Below, in pieces: positions 1 to 8,920 of a DNA stretch of 34,095 bases. Positions within the stretch are counted from its first letter, which is position 1; each line of letters starts with the position of its first letter. Source of the stretch: a virus (lineage: Duplodnaviria > Heunggongvirae > Uroviricota > Caudoviricetes); the IMG/VR virus record IMGVR_UViG_2695420685_000005, one strand, 5' to 3'. A program made the translations under genes and the position numbers. The notes below the pieces were generated by a model. That model was not told the DNA's origin. It ran no database searches and saw only the letters and a program-made list of their open reading frames with translations.

Positions 1-142
1 CGGTGGCGGCGGCACAGTTGGTGTGGCGGCCTCAGTCCGGAACAATTTGAAAACAAGAACCTCGCTTAGGCCTGTGTCCATATTACGTGGGTAGGATCAG
101 TGGTCAATGGAAGACGGTTACCAGAGATAGGGCTTATGCATA

Positions 143-169
143 AAAAAATAAGCCCGTGTAAGGGAGATT
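143..169. repeat. attL: attL core: 27-bp direct repeat aaaaaataagcccgtgtaagggagatt
   Basis: Identical 27-mer recurs at 31924-31950, where it forms the 3' terminator end of cyaR; integrase gene lies immediately inside. Confidence 0.8.
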
Positions 170-248
170 TAGGGTGTCACCAGTAGGGGCTTTCAACGGT
201 ACAATGCGGGTTTGAGCGGCATAAATTACCACTGAAAGCCCTTAAACG

Positions 249-1262
249 TTACTCTACTGTGGACACTGTGTGGACACTCTCGGCTTCAGTACCACCTCTT
301 AGCGGATTAAGAGAAATGGCGTCCTGAAGGTACTCTGGCGCAAAATGAGCGTAAACCATAGTTTGCTCAATCCGCGTGTGACCTAGTATCCGTTGTAGCG
401 TGATAATACTTCCTCCATTAATCATGAAATGAGTGGCAAAGCTGTGCCTTAGTGCATGTGTGGCTTGCCCCGTTGGCAAATCCGGTTTTATTGCTTTCAT
501 TGTTCGTCTGAAGCGAGGGTAATCAGCATCAGGGAATAAAAAACCTCGTTTGTTATCCGCGATCATTTTGGCAACAGCCTCTGAGATCGGGACGGTGCGT
601 GGTTTGTTTGTTTTCGTTTTAACAAACGTGACGCGGTTATGGATGATATTTTCTGCTTTCAAACGAGCTGCTTCTCCCCAACGTGCTCCTGTACTCAGGC
701 AAAGAATCGCAATCTTTTTGTTGTCGCCGTCAAGTGCTGCAAGCAGTAAGGCAATTTCTTCCTGTGTGAGATAGCCTGTTTCTGGTTTTTCCTCCTTAAG
801 CCTCTTTGTCCCTCTGATAGGGTGCTCACCAAAGAATAACTCCGCTTCAATCAGGGCTGTAAACATGCCGCTAATACATGTTAAATCACGATTGATACTC
901 GAAGGTTTAATACCCTGACTTCTTCGGGTGGCGCAGTACTGGCTGATAAGGGATTTCGTGATTTGAAATGCGCATGGGTCATTCGTTATTTTTGTGAAGA
1001 TTTCAATTTTTCCAAGATTAGATTTCCCATGCTCTTCGTGTTTACCCTTTAAATCCCACCAGATCTGTGTCAGTTCCGACAGACGTCGTTTGTCTGTTGG
1101 TTTTGATAGCCATTCTTTATTGTGGTGGTTGTACAACGTGTATTTTTCGAAAGCGACAGCTTCGCTTTTCTTATCAAACTTCCTACGGATGCGTTTTCCG
1201 TTACGTCCAGTAGGGCGGATGTCCACTTCATATCGACCATCATCGAGTTTTTTGATTGCCAT
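249..1262 (-). CDS. int: Tyrosine site-specific integrase, P2 Int type (337 aa)
   Basis: Translation carries tyrosine-recombinase C-terminal signatures (HALRHSFATH ... LGH ... Y); size and position next to att match P2 Int. Confidence 0.92.
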   Translation of the reverse strand: MAIKKLDDGRYEVDIRPTGRNGKRIRRKFDKKSEAVAFEKYTLYNHHNKEWLSKPTDKRRLSELTQIWWDLKGKHEEHGKSNLGKIEIFTKITNDPCAFQITKSLISQYCATRRSQGIKPSSINRDLTCISGMFTALIEAELFFGEHPIRGTKRLKEEKPETGYLTQEEIALLLAALDGDNKKIAILCLSTGARWGEAARLKAENIIHNRVTFVKTKTNKPRTVPISEAVAKMIADNKRGFLFPDADYPRFRRTMKAIKPDLPTGQATHALRHSFATHFMINGGSIITLQRILGHTRIEQTMVYAHFAPEYLQDAISLNPLRGGTEAESVHTVSTVE

Positions 1263-1377
1263 CAGAAAACCCTCCGAGTGGTACTTTTTTTTGCTACTAC
1301 TAATCGCTTTTTTCGTGGTGGCTGAAATTTAGCCACCAATAGTAGGCACTTGTGATGAATATATTCACGATAAATTG

Positions 1378-1677
1378 TTAACCAGTCTTTTGACCGGAGT
1401 GGGGCGACGTTGTTTCGTTTTGCCCAAAGTGTGCGAGAGCGGGCGCAATTTGCCCGGCTTCTGGAGCTACCTGATCAGTCATGAACCACAAAGTATATTT
1501 AGTAAATCTGGGATGTTGTAAGACCTTCATTATGGCTTCAACTCCAGCGTTTTTTGACCGGCTCTCATAGCTCGAAAGTGAGCTGTAGGCTACACCAGTT
1601 AATTCACTGAATTCTTTACGGTTTAACCTTTCAGATTCACGGATTAGCTTCAACTTCTCCGAAACGTCTATTGACAT
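1378..1677 (-). CDS. C: Immunity repressor C (99 aa from internal ATG; ORF track extends to a TTG at 1749)
   Basis: C-terminal part (FTKYTLWFMT..QIAPALAHFGQNETTSPHSGQKTG) matches my recollection of the P2 C repressor; divergent from cox; upstream of int on the same strand as in P2. Confidence 0.8.
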   Translation of the reverse strand: MSIDVSEKLKLIRESERLNRKEFSELTGVAYSSLSSYESRSKNAGVEAIMKVLQHPRFTKYTLWFMTDQVAPEAGQIAPALAHFGQNETTSPHSGQKTG

Positions 1678-1798
1678 AATTACTCCGATTGCGTAATTTC
1701 TTGCTGATAGTGTGAAATGTTGTGCTTCTGGAGTTATCCTTTTAGGCAATAATTAGCCATTAGGAGCCATTAGAAGCACTAAGGGAGAATCGTAGCAG
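1678..1798. promoter_or_regulatory. C/cox divergent early control region (Pc/Pe) with direct-repeat operator half-sites AGCCATTAG x2 at about 1755-1763 and 1765-1773
   Basis: Intergenic between divergent C and cox; two identical 9-mers spaced 10 bp apart (one helical turn), consistent with direct-repeat operators of P2-type C repressors. Confidence 0.5.
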
Positions 1799-2074
1799 AT
1801 GAATAGACAGCTTGTAAGCGTGACTGATGCCGTGCCTTATCAGGAGTTTGCAAAACTCATTGGTAAAACTCCAAGAGCTGTAAGGGGCATGATTGAGAAA
1901 GGGAAATTACCAGTTATTGAGATTACTGACCCTCAGTCAGTATCGGGGCGTGCTGGTGAATATTGGGTATACCTTCCGGCATGGAATAACGGACTAAAAC
2001 TGGCTTATGAAAGCCGTCCTAAAGAGATTCGTGACGGCTGGTTGATGTGGTTAGGTCTCGGTGAACCACGTTAA
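1799..2074 (+). CDS. cox: Cox: excisionase / repressor of Pc (91 aa)
   Basis: Translation (PYQEFAKLIGK...GRAGEYWVYLPAWNNGLKLAYESRPKEIRDGWLMWLGL) matches P2 Cox; first gene of the rightward early operon. Confidence 0.88.
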   Translation: MNRQLVSVTDAVPYQEFAKLIGKTPRAVRGMIEKGKLPVIEITDPQSVSGRAGEYWVYLPAWNNGLKLAYESRPKEIRDGWLMWLGLGEPR

Positions 2075-2084
2075 GGAGAACCGT

Positions 2085-2255
2085 ATGAATGAGCCTCGTT
2101 GTATTGCTCAGTTATTGCGTAACGAAAGCCCCAGGGCGATTGACTTCACCATCACCCACGGTAAGGGGCGTAAGGGAATCATTATCCGCACCAAAAAACA
2201 GAGTCCGTTAAAAAAGACTCTGACCTTTCTGAAAAGCCGGAGGGTCTGGAAATGA
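2085..2255 (+). CDS. Small early-operon protein, hypothetical (P2 orf78 position)
   Basis: ORF in track (2061-2255); ATG at about 2085 follows an aaggag ribosome-binding site; syntenic with P2 orf78. Confidence 0.4.
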   Translation: MNEPRCIAQLLRNESPRAIDFTITHGKGRKGIIIRTKKQSPLKKTLTFLKSRRVWK

Positions 2256-2752
2256 CAGTGATGACGCTCAATCTCGTTGAAAAACAGCCAGCAGCTATGC
2301 GCCGGATAATTGGTAAGCATCTGGCCGTCCCTCGCTGGCAGGAGACATGCGATTATTATAATCAGATGATGGAACGCGAACGGCTAACGGTTTGCTTCCA
2401 TGCGCAGTTAAAACAGCGTCACGCAACGATGCGTTTTGAAGAAATGAACGACGTCGAACGTGAACGGCTGGTTTGTGCAATTGATGAACTGCGTGGGGCA
2501 TTCTCAAAACGCCGTCAGGTCGGTGCAAGTGAGTATGCATATATTAGCTTTTTAACTGTCAGTCAGCGCCGTACTTTATTTATGCATGCCGGATTGACTG
2601 AAAAAGAATTCAACCAGCCATACTGGCGAATTAATGAAGAATCATGTTACTGGCGTGATGCCTTATTCCGTGCATTACGTGAATTATTCAGCCTGTTTGA
2701 GTATGCACCGACAATTCTGACGTCGGTAAAACCAGAGCAATATCTGCATTAA
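2252..2752 (+). CDS. B: Replication protein B (166 aa), helicase-loader-like
   Basis: Size and position match P2 gene B; overlaps the upstream stop (translational coupling). Confidence 0.75.
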   Translation: MTVMTLNLVEKQPAAMRRIIGKHLAVPRWQETCDYYNQMMERERLTVCFHAQLKQRHATMRFEEMNDVERERLVCAIDELRGAFSKRRQVGASEYAYISFLTVSQRRTLFMHAGLTEKEFNQPYWRINEESCYWRDALFRALRELFSLFEYAPTILTSVKPEQYLH

Positions 2753-2815
2753 GTAATTAACCAGAGTTTTTAACGCACTTAATTGTGCGGGGCTTCTTTT
2801 TGCCTGGAGAAAGTC

Positions 2816-3040
2816 ATGCATACAGTTTCTGAAAATCAGTGCGGTAAATACGCATTACTGCTGCAACAGGCCAGAACCGAAGCACAGGCCGACGCAGCGA
2901 CGCGCTTTTCTTCTCATCTTGACGCCATGATTCGCCACATCACAAAGGCGGAGTTATCCCGCGTGGAGATAGTCGAGCTGCTCAGTCAGGAGTCGGAAAA
3001 ATTTCACAATATCGGATTGTCTCGCGGGGAGGTGCTTTGA
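2816..3040 (+). CDS. Hypothetical early protein (P2 orf80 position)
   Basis: ORF 2783-3040 in track; ATG at about 2816 preceded by ggagaaag. Confidence 0.45.
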   Translation: MHTVSENQCGKYALLLQQARTEAQADAATRFSSHLDAMIRHITKAELSRVEIVELLSQESEKFHNIGLSRGEVL

Positions 3041-3342
3041 TGTCCTGTTCTCGTTCAGTTGTATTACTGAATAACGCCTTAAAAATCACCGTTATGAAAA
3101 ATGGCGATTTATCTCTTATTCAACTTGGTCTTGATAAAGAAAAACGCGAAATAACTGAGTCTGTTATCGCGATTTATCAGAACGAATTAAATCTCCTGTC
3201 TGATGTGGTCAATTTACTTGTTAAACGCGCTGTATTTCACAAGCAAATCTCCTCCGTGGATGAACTGACGAAATTAACGACAGAAATTGCTAGCTATTGC
3301 GCTGATGAATTTAAAAAACTTAACGACAAAAGGAGCTGGTAA
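3037..3342 (+). CDS. Hypothetical early protein (101 aa)
   Basis: ORF in track; start overlaps the upstream stop; AT-leaning codon usage. Confidence 0.45.
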   Translation: MMSCSRSVVLLNNALKITVMKNGDLSLIQLGLDKEKREITESVIAIYQNELNLLSDVVNLLVKRAVFHKQISSVDELTKLTTEIASYCADEFKKLNDKRSW

Positions 3343-3566
3343 TGCCGGACAACGTAGATTTTATTCAGGAACAACAGGCTGAATTACTGGAGCGTCAGAT
3401 TAACGCGGCAAGGGTAAAACATTGCGGTGCTTCTGCGCTGGTTTGCGAAGAGTGTGACGCGCCAATACCTGCTGCCCGTCGTGCGGCTTATCCGTCAGCC
3501 ACGCGTTGTGTTTCCTGCCAGTCAGTCTTTGAAGCAAAAAACAAACATTACCGGAGAACGGCATGA
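3342..3566 (+). CDS. TraR/DksA-like C4 zinc-finger protein (74 aa)
   Basis: Two CxxC pairs (CEEC ... CVSC) in a 74-aa protein; a similar small zinc-finger ORF occupies this position in P2. Confidence 0.6.
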   Translation: MPDNVDFIQEQQAELLERQINAARVKHCGASALVCEECDAPIPAARRAAYPSATRCVSCQSVFEAKNKHYRRTA

Positions 3567-3838
3567 GTATTCGTATTGAAATTGGCGAACGTTATGTCGT
3601 TACCAGTGACAGCTTTCAGTTTATTCTCCACGAGAAAAAGAGAGCGGAAAGCGGTAAAAACGCCGGTCAGGAATGGCTGGCGGTGGTTGGTTATTATCCG
3701 AAATTAAGCCAGCTTGTTTCCGGCCTGATGCATCACGATATTCTGACCGGAAGCGCAAAGTCTTTTGCTGATTTAAACGCGCAGGTTGAGCAACTCAGCA
3801 AGCGTTGTTCAGAGGCTTTTGGCTCATATGGCCGTTAA
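3563..3838 (+). CDS. Hypothetical early protein (91 aa)
   Basis: ORF in track, coupled to the upstream gene; its 3' end overlaps the start of A. Confidence 0.45.
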   Translation: MSIRIEIGERYVVTSDSFQFILHEKKRAESGKNAGQEWLAVVGYYPKLSQLVSGLMHHDILTGSAKSFADLNAQVEQLSKRCSEAFGSYGR

Positions 3839-6113
3839 AGCCTCCGGGCGTTTTGTCCCTCCGTCAGCATTTGCCGCAGGCACCGGTGAGACGTTTACCG
3901 GTGCTTATGCATGGAACGCGCCACGCGAGGCCGTCGGGCGCGAAAGACCCCTTACACGTGACGAGATGCGTCAGGTGCAAGGTGTTTTATCCACGATTAA
4001 TCGCCTGCCTTACTTTTTGCGCTCGCTGTTTACTTCACGCTATGACTACATCCGGCGCAATAAAAGCCCGGTGCACGGATTTTATTTCCTCACATCCACT
4101 TTTCAGCGCCGTTTATGGCCGCGTATTGAGCGCGTGAATCAGCGCCATGAAATGAACACCGACGCGTCGTTGCTGTTTCTGGCAGAGCGTGACCATTATG
4201 CGCGTCTGCCGGGGATGAATGACAAGGAGCTGAAAAAGTTTGCCGCCCGTATCTCATCGCAGCTTTTCATGATGTATGAGGAACTCTGCGATGCATGGGT
4301 TGATGCACATGGCGAGAAAGAATCGCTGTTTACAGATGAGGCGCAGGCGCATCTGTATGGTCATGTTGCTGGCGCTGCACGTGCTTTCAATATTTCCCCT
4401 CTCTACTGGAAAAAATACCGTAAAGGACAGATGACCACGAGGCAGGCATATTCTGCCATTGCCCGTCTGTTTAACGATGAGTGGTGGACTCATCAGCTTA
4501 AAGGCCAGCGTATGCGCTGGCATGAGGCGTTACTGATTGCTGTCGGGGAGGTCAATAAAGACCGTTCTCCTTATGCCAGTAAACATGCCATTCGTGATGT
4601 GCGTGCACGCCGCCAGGCAAATCTGGAATTTCTTAAATCGTGTGACCTCGAAAACAGGGAAACCGGCGAGCGCATCGACCTTATCAGTAAGGTGATGGGC
4701 AGTATTTCTAATCCTGAAATTCGCCGGATGGAGCTGATGAACACCATCGCCGGTATTGAGCGTTACGCCGCCGCAGAGGGTGATGTGGGGATGTTTATCA
4801 CTCTGACCGCGCCGTCAAAGTATCACCCGACACGTCAGGTCGGAAAAGGCGAAAGTAAAACCGTCCAGCTAAATCACGGCTGGAATGATGAGGCATTTAA
4901 TCCAAAGGATGCGCAGCGTTATCTCTGCCGCATCTGGAGCCTGATGCGCACGGCATTCAAGGATAATGATTTACAGGTCTACGGTTTGCGAGTCGTCGAG
5001 CCACACCACGACGGAACGCCGCACTGGCATATGATGCTTTTTTGTAATCCACGCCAGCGTAACCAGATTATCGAAATCATGCGTCGCTATGCGCTCAAAG
5101 AGGATGGTGACGAAAGAGGAGCCGCGCGAAACCGTTTTCAGGCAAAACACCTTAACCGGGGCGGTGCTGCGGGATATATCGCGAAATACATCTCAAAAAA
5201 CATCGATGGCTATGCACTGGATGGTCAGCTCGATAACGATACCGGCAGGCCGCTGAAAGACACTGCCGCGGCTGTTACCGCATGGGCGTCAACGTGGCGC
5301 ATTCCGCAATTTAAAACGGTTGGCCTGCCGACAATGGGGGCTTACCGTGAACTACGCAAATTGCCTCGCGGCGTCAGCATTGCTGATGAGTTTGACGAAC
5401 GCGTCGAGGCTGCACGAGCTGCCGCAGACAGTGGTGATTTTGCGTTGTATATCAGCGCGCAGGGTGGGGCAAATGTTCCGCGCGATTGTCAGACTGTCAG
5501 GGTTGCCCGTAGTCCGTCGGATGAAGTTAACGAGTACGAGGAAGAAGTCGAGAGAGTGGTCGGCATTTACGCGCCGCATCTCGGCGCGCGTCATATTCAT
5601 ATCACCAGAACGACGGACTGGCGCATTGTTCCGAAAGTACCGGTCGTTGAGCCTTTGACTTTAAAAAGCGGCATCGCCGCGCCTCGGAGTCCTGTCAATA
5701 ACTGTGGAAAGCTCACCGGCGGTAATACTTCGTTGCCGGTTCCCACGCCTTCTGAGCACGCCGCAGCAGTGCTTAATCTGGTTGATGACGGTGTTATCGA
5801 ATGGAATGACCCGGAGGTCGTGAGGACGCTCAGGGGTGCATTAAAACACGGACTGAGAAGACCAAACCGTCAGCAAAGAAACGGAAGCCCGTTAAAACCA
5901 CATGAAATTGCACCATCGGCCAGACTGACCCGGTCAGAAAGAATGCAAATTACCCGTATCCGCGTTGACCTTGCTCAGAACGGTATCAGGCCGCAGCGAT
6001 GGGACCTTGAGGCGCTGGCGCGTGGCGCGACCGTAAATTATGACGGGAAAAAGTTCACATATCCGGTCGCTGATGAGTGGCCGGGATTCTCAACAGTAAT
6101 GGAGTGGACATGA
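3828..6113 (+). CDS. A: Replication initiation protein A, HUH rolling-circle endonuclease (761 aa from ATG at 3828; ORF track opens at 3786)
   Basis: HUH motif (PHWHMMLF) and paired active-site tyrosines (GYIAKYISK); N-terminus MAVKASGRFVPP matches P2 gpA. Confidence 0.92.
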   Translation: MAVKASGRFVPPSAFAAGTGETFTGAYAWNAPREAVGRERPLTRDEMRQVQGVLSTINRLPYFLRSLFTSRYDYIRRNKSPVHGFYFLTSTFQRRLWPRIERVNQRHEMNTDASLLFLAERDHYARLPGMNDKELKKFAARISSQLFMMYEELCDAWVDAHGEKESLFTDEAQAHLYGHVAGAARAFNISPLYWKKYRKGQMTTRQAYSAIARLFNDEWWTHQLKGQRMRWHEALLIAVGEVNKDRSPYASKHAIRDVRARRQANLEFLKSCDLENRETGERIDLISKVMGSISNPEIRRMELMNTIAGIERYAAAEGDVGMFITLTAPSKYHPTRQVGKGESKTVQLNHGWNDEAFNPKDAQRYLCRIWSLMRTAFKDNDLQVYGLRVVEPHHDGTPHWHMMLFCNPRQRNQIIEIMRRYALKEDGDERGAARNRFQAKHLNRGGAAGYIAKYISKNIDGYALDGQLDNDTGRPLKDTAAAVTAWASTWRIPQFKTVGLPTMGAYRELRKLPRGVSIADEFDERVEAARAAADSGDFALYISAQGGANVPRDCQTVRVARSPSDEVNEYEEEVERVVGIYAPHLGARHIHITRTTDWRIVPKVPVVEPLTLKSGIAAPRSPVNNCGKLTGGNTSLPVPTPSEHAAAVLNLVDDGVIEWNDPEVVRTLRGALKHGLRRPNRQQRNGSPLKPHEIAPSARLTRSERMQITRIRVDLAQNGIRPQRWDLEALARGATVNYDGKKFTYPVADEWPGFSTVMEWT

Positions 6114-6307
6114 TGGCAAAAATTCACGAGGTAAAGCTGCACGCAAAATATTTCGACCTTGTGCTGGAAGGAAAGAAACGCGCAGAGTTTCGGAAAAATG
6201 ACCGTAATTATGAGCGCGGGGACACGTTGATTTTGCATGAATGGGTGCAGGGTGTGTACACGGGGCGAAAGGTTGAAGCCCGGATAACAGATGTTACTGA
6301 CCTGTAA
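6110..6307 (+). CDS. Small ASCH/DUF3850-like (PUA-fold) protein
   Basis: Translation (KIHEVKLHAKYFDLVLEGKKRAEFRKNDRNYERGDTLILHEW) fits the DUF3850/ASCH pattern as I remember it; ATG overlaps the A stop codon. Confidence 0.5.
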   Translation: MMAKIHEVKLHAKYFDLVLEGKKRAEFRKNDRNYERGDTLILHEWVQGVYTGRKVEARITDVTDL

Positions 6308-6328
6308 GACTGGCTGGTAGATTATGTC

Positions 6329-6565
6329 TTGCTAAGTATTGAGCTGCTTAATACAGGCGCATATGAGATTGTGAACTGGAAAGAACTTAGTGAGCGTGGT
6401 CTGGTATTCAGAATTAATCATGAAATTATGCATCAGCTCGGCCTTGCTGTTATGTATGAACCAGAGACGGGGATGTCTGGCGGGGCAATGGTTGCCACGG
6501 ATGGAGCATGGAACTATTCAGATGAACAGGTGGAGCGTGCAAAGCAAAATGGGTGGCTTGGATAA
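6329..6565 (+). CDS. Hypothetical protein (78 aa)
   Basis: ORF in track, same strand and operon context downstream of A; no recognisable motif. Confidence 0.4.
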   Translation: MLSIELLNTGAYEIVNWKELSERGLVFRINHEIMHQLGLAVMYEPETGMSGGAMVATDGAWNYSDEQVERAKQNGWLG

Positions 6566-6771
6566 TGCACAGAATACCAGGCGAGATACCGCACCATAAA
6601 ACTAAAAATATCAAGCTGATGGCCATTGTTCACCGTCTACAGCAGATTATGGTCAACGAAAATCTGACGCCCGATGAGCTAGTCGGGTGTGCCGAAATAG
6701 TCCGGGATAATTACGGGCGGTTTAACTATATCGGTCAGTCCAGAGTTGCGCCACCACCACGCAGACGATAG
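6553..6771 (+). CDS. Hypothetical protein (72 aa)
   Basis: ORF in track overlapping the upstream stop; no recognisable motif. Confidence 0.35.
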   Translation: MAWIMHRIPGEIPHHKTKNIKLMAIVHRLQQIMVNENLTPDELVGCAEIVRDNYGRFNYIGQSRVAPPPRRR

Positions 6772-6928
6772 AGAACGCCGCCAGTCGTGAAACTTGTTTT
6801 CAGGGTTGGCGGGGTGAACAACTCATCTGCGGAGGCGTTAGCATACTAGGTGATAATCTTGAGCATTGAACCTTTTGCATAGATCCCTTATTGTTCTGGG
6901 GATTTTTTACCGCTTCGTAGGGAAAGTG

Positions 6929-8056
6929 ATGGAAACTGGAATCGTTACGTTCTTTGATATCAAGGCTTGTGGTTTTTACAGACTGAAGAAAAACGCAGAA
7001 GAATTAGAGCATAAATTCGGAACACTTGATGAGATCTTTGACGCGTTGCAGGCTTGGCTTGATGACAAAAGCGTTGAGGAGTCAATTCCGTGGGATACGG
7101 GAACTCATCCGCTAAGAGCCAGAACTTACTCACGAGGAGTGGCTGTCGATCCCGATACAAAAGATCGGGTGATGGTAATGTATCGCGCATTAGGTTCCGC
7201 GAAGGGACGTTTGCACGCTGTTAAAAAAAACGCACCTGTTGGTGCTACAGAAAATGATACAGTAAAGACAGAAACGAATGGAAAAGACTATATTTGGGTT
7301 GAGCCATGTTATTATTGGGTAATTCCTGAATATAACAAGATTGCATCCATTATATTTCCTCATTCAGGTGCAGATACACCGAGGTTAAGCAATTATATTT
7401 TTAATTTTGTAGTAAATCACGGTGATTTTGGTAGGGAAAAGGATACTACCTCATTTACTAGAGCTCGTTCTTCATGTTCGGAAGATGACATTCTTATTTC
7501 TAAAACAATTTTCAAGCATGTAGATGAAAATGGACGCAAGTGTAATTGCGTTTTTAAATTTAAGGCTGAAGTGACGAAGGTTAATAAACCAGGGACGAAT
7601 ATTCTTGATGTACGAGATAAAATTGTTCAGACAATTATTCGTGATACTACGGTCGCAAAAGTTGAGGATACCCGGCAACCGTTATTACGTCTGGTGAGTA
7701 ATGTACTATCGGATTTCTTGGGAACAGAACAAACCAAGTTTACAAAACCTAAAAAAATTGAGGTTCGAGTAGATGGTGCTCCTTCGGAAGAGGAGATAAA
7801 ACAACTATTGGATAGAAATGTAGATGATGTTGACTGGGTTGATGTTGGCTTTGTTCTTAAAGATTCATCTCGCCCATTATGGTTAAAAAAATATATGGCG
7901 AGAACTGCATTAATTGTCAGCGATTCTACCGGGGATGAGCATTTCTCTCCAGAAAAACTCCTTCATGAAATAAAGGCTGTCCGTGATGATTTACTCCAAA
8001 CAATCCTTTATAATGAAGAGGTGGAAGAAAAATCTTTAAAAACGGCGGAGGCATAA
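6929..8056 (+). CDS. AT-rich cargo gene 1: soluble protein of unknown function (375 aa from ATG at 6929; 396 aa if the upstream TTG at 6866 is used), candidate defence component
   Basis: Long ORF with sharply lower GC than the flanking phage genes; no transmembrane segments or classical P-loop seen; stop overlaps the start of the next gene (taaATG); sits at the P2 tin/old hotspot. Confidence 0.6.
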   Translation: METGIVTFFDIKACGFYRLKKNAEELEHKFGTLDEIFDALQAWLDDKSVEESIPWDTGTHPLRARTYSRGVAVDPDTKDRVMVMYRALGSAKGRLHAVKKNAPVGATENDTVKTETNGKDYIWVEPCYYWVIPEYNKIASIIFPHSGADTPRLSNYIFNFVVNHGDFGREKDTTSFTRARSSCSEDDILISKTIFKHVDENGRKCNCVFKFKAEVTKVNKPGTNILDVRDKIVQTIIRDTTVAKVEDTRQPLLRLVSNVLSDFLGTEQTKFTKPKKIEVRVDGAPSEEEIKQLLDRNVDDVDWVDVGFVLKDSSRPLWLKKYMARTALIVSDSTGDEHFSPEKLLHEIKAVRDDLLQTILYNEEVEEKSLKTAEA

Positions 8057-8596
8057 ATGTCACCTCAAACAAGTAAGGATTTAAAGGCATTGATAATACA
8101 ATGGAAATGGAATTTGTTAATTCTATTTCTAATTGCTGTGGCCTCCTATTGGCTGAAAGCTTATGTTAACTATAGTGATATAAAAGATATACTGGGTGTT
8201 TTGCAAAACATATCTGCTGCAATTTTTACCATAGTTGGATTATGGATTGGTTTTTTATATCCGAATGCAATTGCAAGCATTGTCAATGATGATGTTGATT
8301 ACATAAAGAATACGAAAGATGCACCTCGAATTGAAAAGCTAATTTACGTTGTAATTACTTCAGCAGTAGTAATGCTTTCGATTTTGTTTGTTTATCTGTT
8401 TAAATCAATAGGCTCTGTGCTATCGAGTTCAGTGGTGTATTCTGATCTTATTAGAATGATTGGAATCACCTTTGTTTATTTTATGTGCTGGTTACAAATA
8501 AAGTGTGTGTTTAGTGTTATTTTAAGCAACTTATCATTTGCAAACAATCTTCACTCAAGAATAGTAAATGCTAGGTTCTCTCATCATGATGATTGA
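8057..8596 (+). CDS. AT-rich cargo gene 2: small integral membrane protein with about 4 TM helices (179 aa), candidate effector
   Basis: Four hydrophobic stretches (about residues 18-33, 52-72, 95-115, 134-157); translationally coupled to cargo gene 1; same low-GC island. Confidence 0.6.
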   Translation: MSPQTSKDLKALIIQWKWNLLILFLIAVASYWLKAYVNYSDIKDILGVLQNISAAIFTIVGLWIGFLYPNAIASIVNDDVDYIKNTKDAPRIEKLIYVVITSAVVMLSILFVYLFKSIGSVLSSSVVYSDLIRMIGITFVYFMCWLQIKCVFSVILSNLSFANNLHSRIVNARFSHHDD

Positions 8597-8609
8597 TTCC
8601 ATCACTAAA

Positions 8610-8638
8610 ATCATGCGTCAAGTTAATGCATGATTTTG
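8610..8638 (+). terminator. Putative intrinsic terminator after the cargo operon (stem atcatgc/gcatgat then TTTT)
   Basis: 7-bp inverted repeat with an 11-nt loop followed by a short T-run, 14 bp after the gene-2 stop. Confidence 0.4.
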
Positions 8639-8737
8639 CATGCACTAGGTTTCCTTGTTATAGCTGAGAGTAAGCAGACCTGGTGGAAACCTAGAGTGGT
8701 CATGCAACTGCATTAAAACCGACCCATGAAGCGGGCG

Positions 8738-8756
8738 GGCGAGGCGGGGAAAGCAC
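8738..8756. other. cos: cos cohesive-end site, 19-nt ggcgaggcggggaaagcac
   Basis: Matches the P2/186 cohesive-end sequence as I recall it; located just upstream of leftward Q, as at the P2 genome left end. Confidence 0.6.
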
Positions 8757-8898
8757 TGCGCCCTGGCGGTGGTGCTGATTTTATTTTTTCAGCGTCTCAG
8801 CGCGTCGTGACGGCGCTTAGTCTGCCCGTTGAGGCGTTGGTGTGTCTGCGGGGTGTTTTGTGCGGTGGTTAGCGTGTGAGGGCGTGATGACGGGGTGT

Positions 8899-8920
8899 AA
8901 AAAAGCCGCCCGCAGGCGGC
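8899..8920 (-). terminator. Rho-independent terminator downstream of Q (minus strand)
   Basis: Minus strand reads gccgcc-tgcg-ggcggc followed by TTTTTT, immediately 3' of the Q stop. Confidence 0.6.

Noticed and set aside
1749-1749. The ORF-track start of C at 1749 (123 aa) and the extended starts of A (3786), P (11762), O (11840), L (14679), ogr (31541) and yegP (33974)
   Set aside because: The track extends ORFs to the farthest in-frame start, including TTG/GTG. Internal ATGs with better RBS context and agreement with known P2/E. coli protein lengths were preferred.
6929-6990. N-terminal VTFFDIKACGF in cargo gene 1 looks a little like the class III nucleotidyl-cyclase FADIVGFT metal-binding motif, which would suggest a Pycsar/CBASS-like cyclase partnered with the TM effector
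   Set aside because: The spacing between DI and GF differs by two residues, and I could not find the second conserved Asp or the rest of the cyclase signature. Too weak to call without a profile search, so it stays a hypothesis to test.
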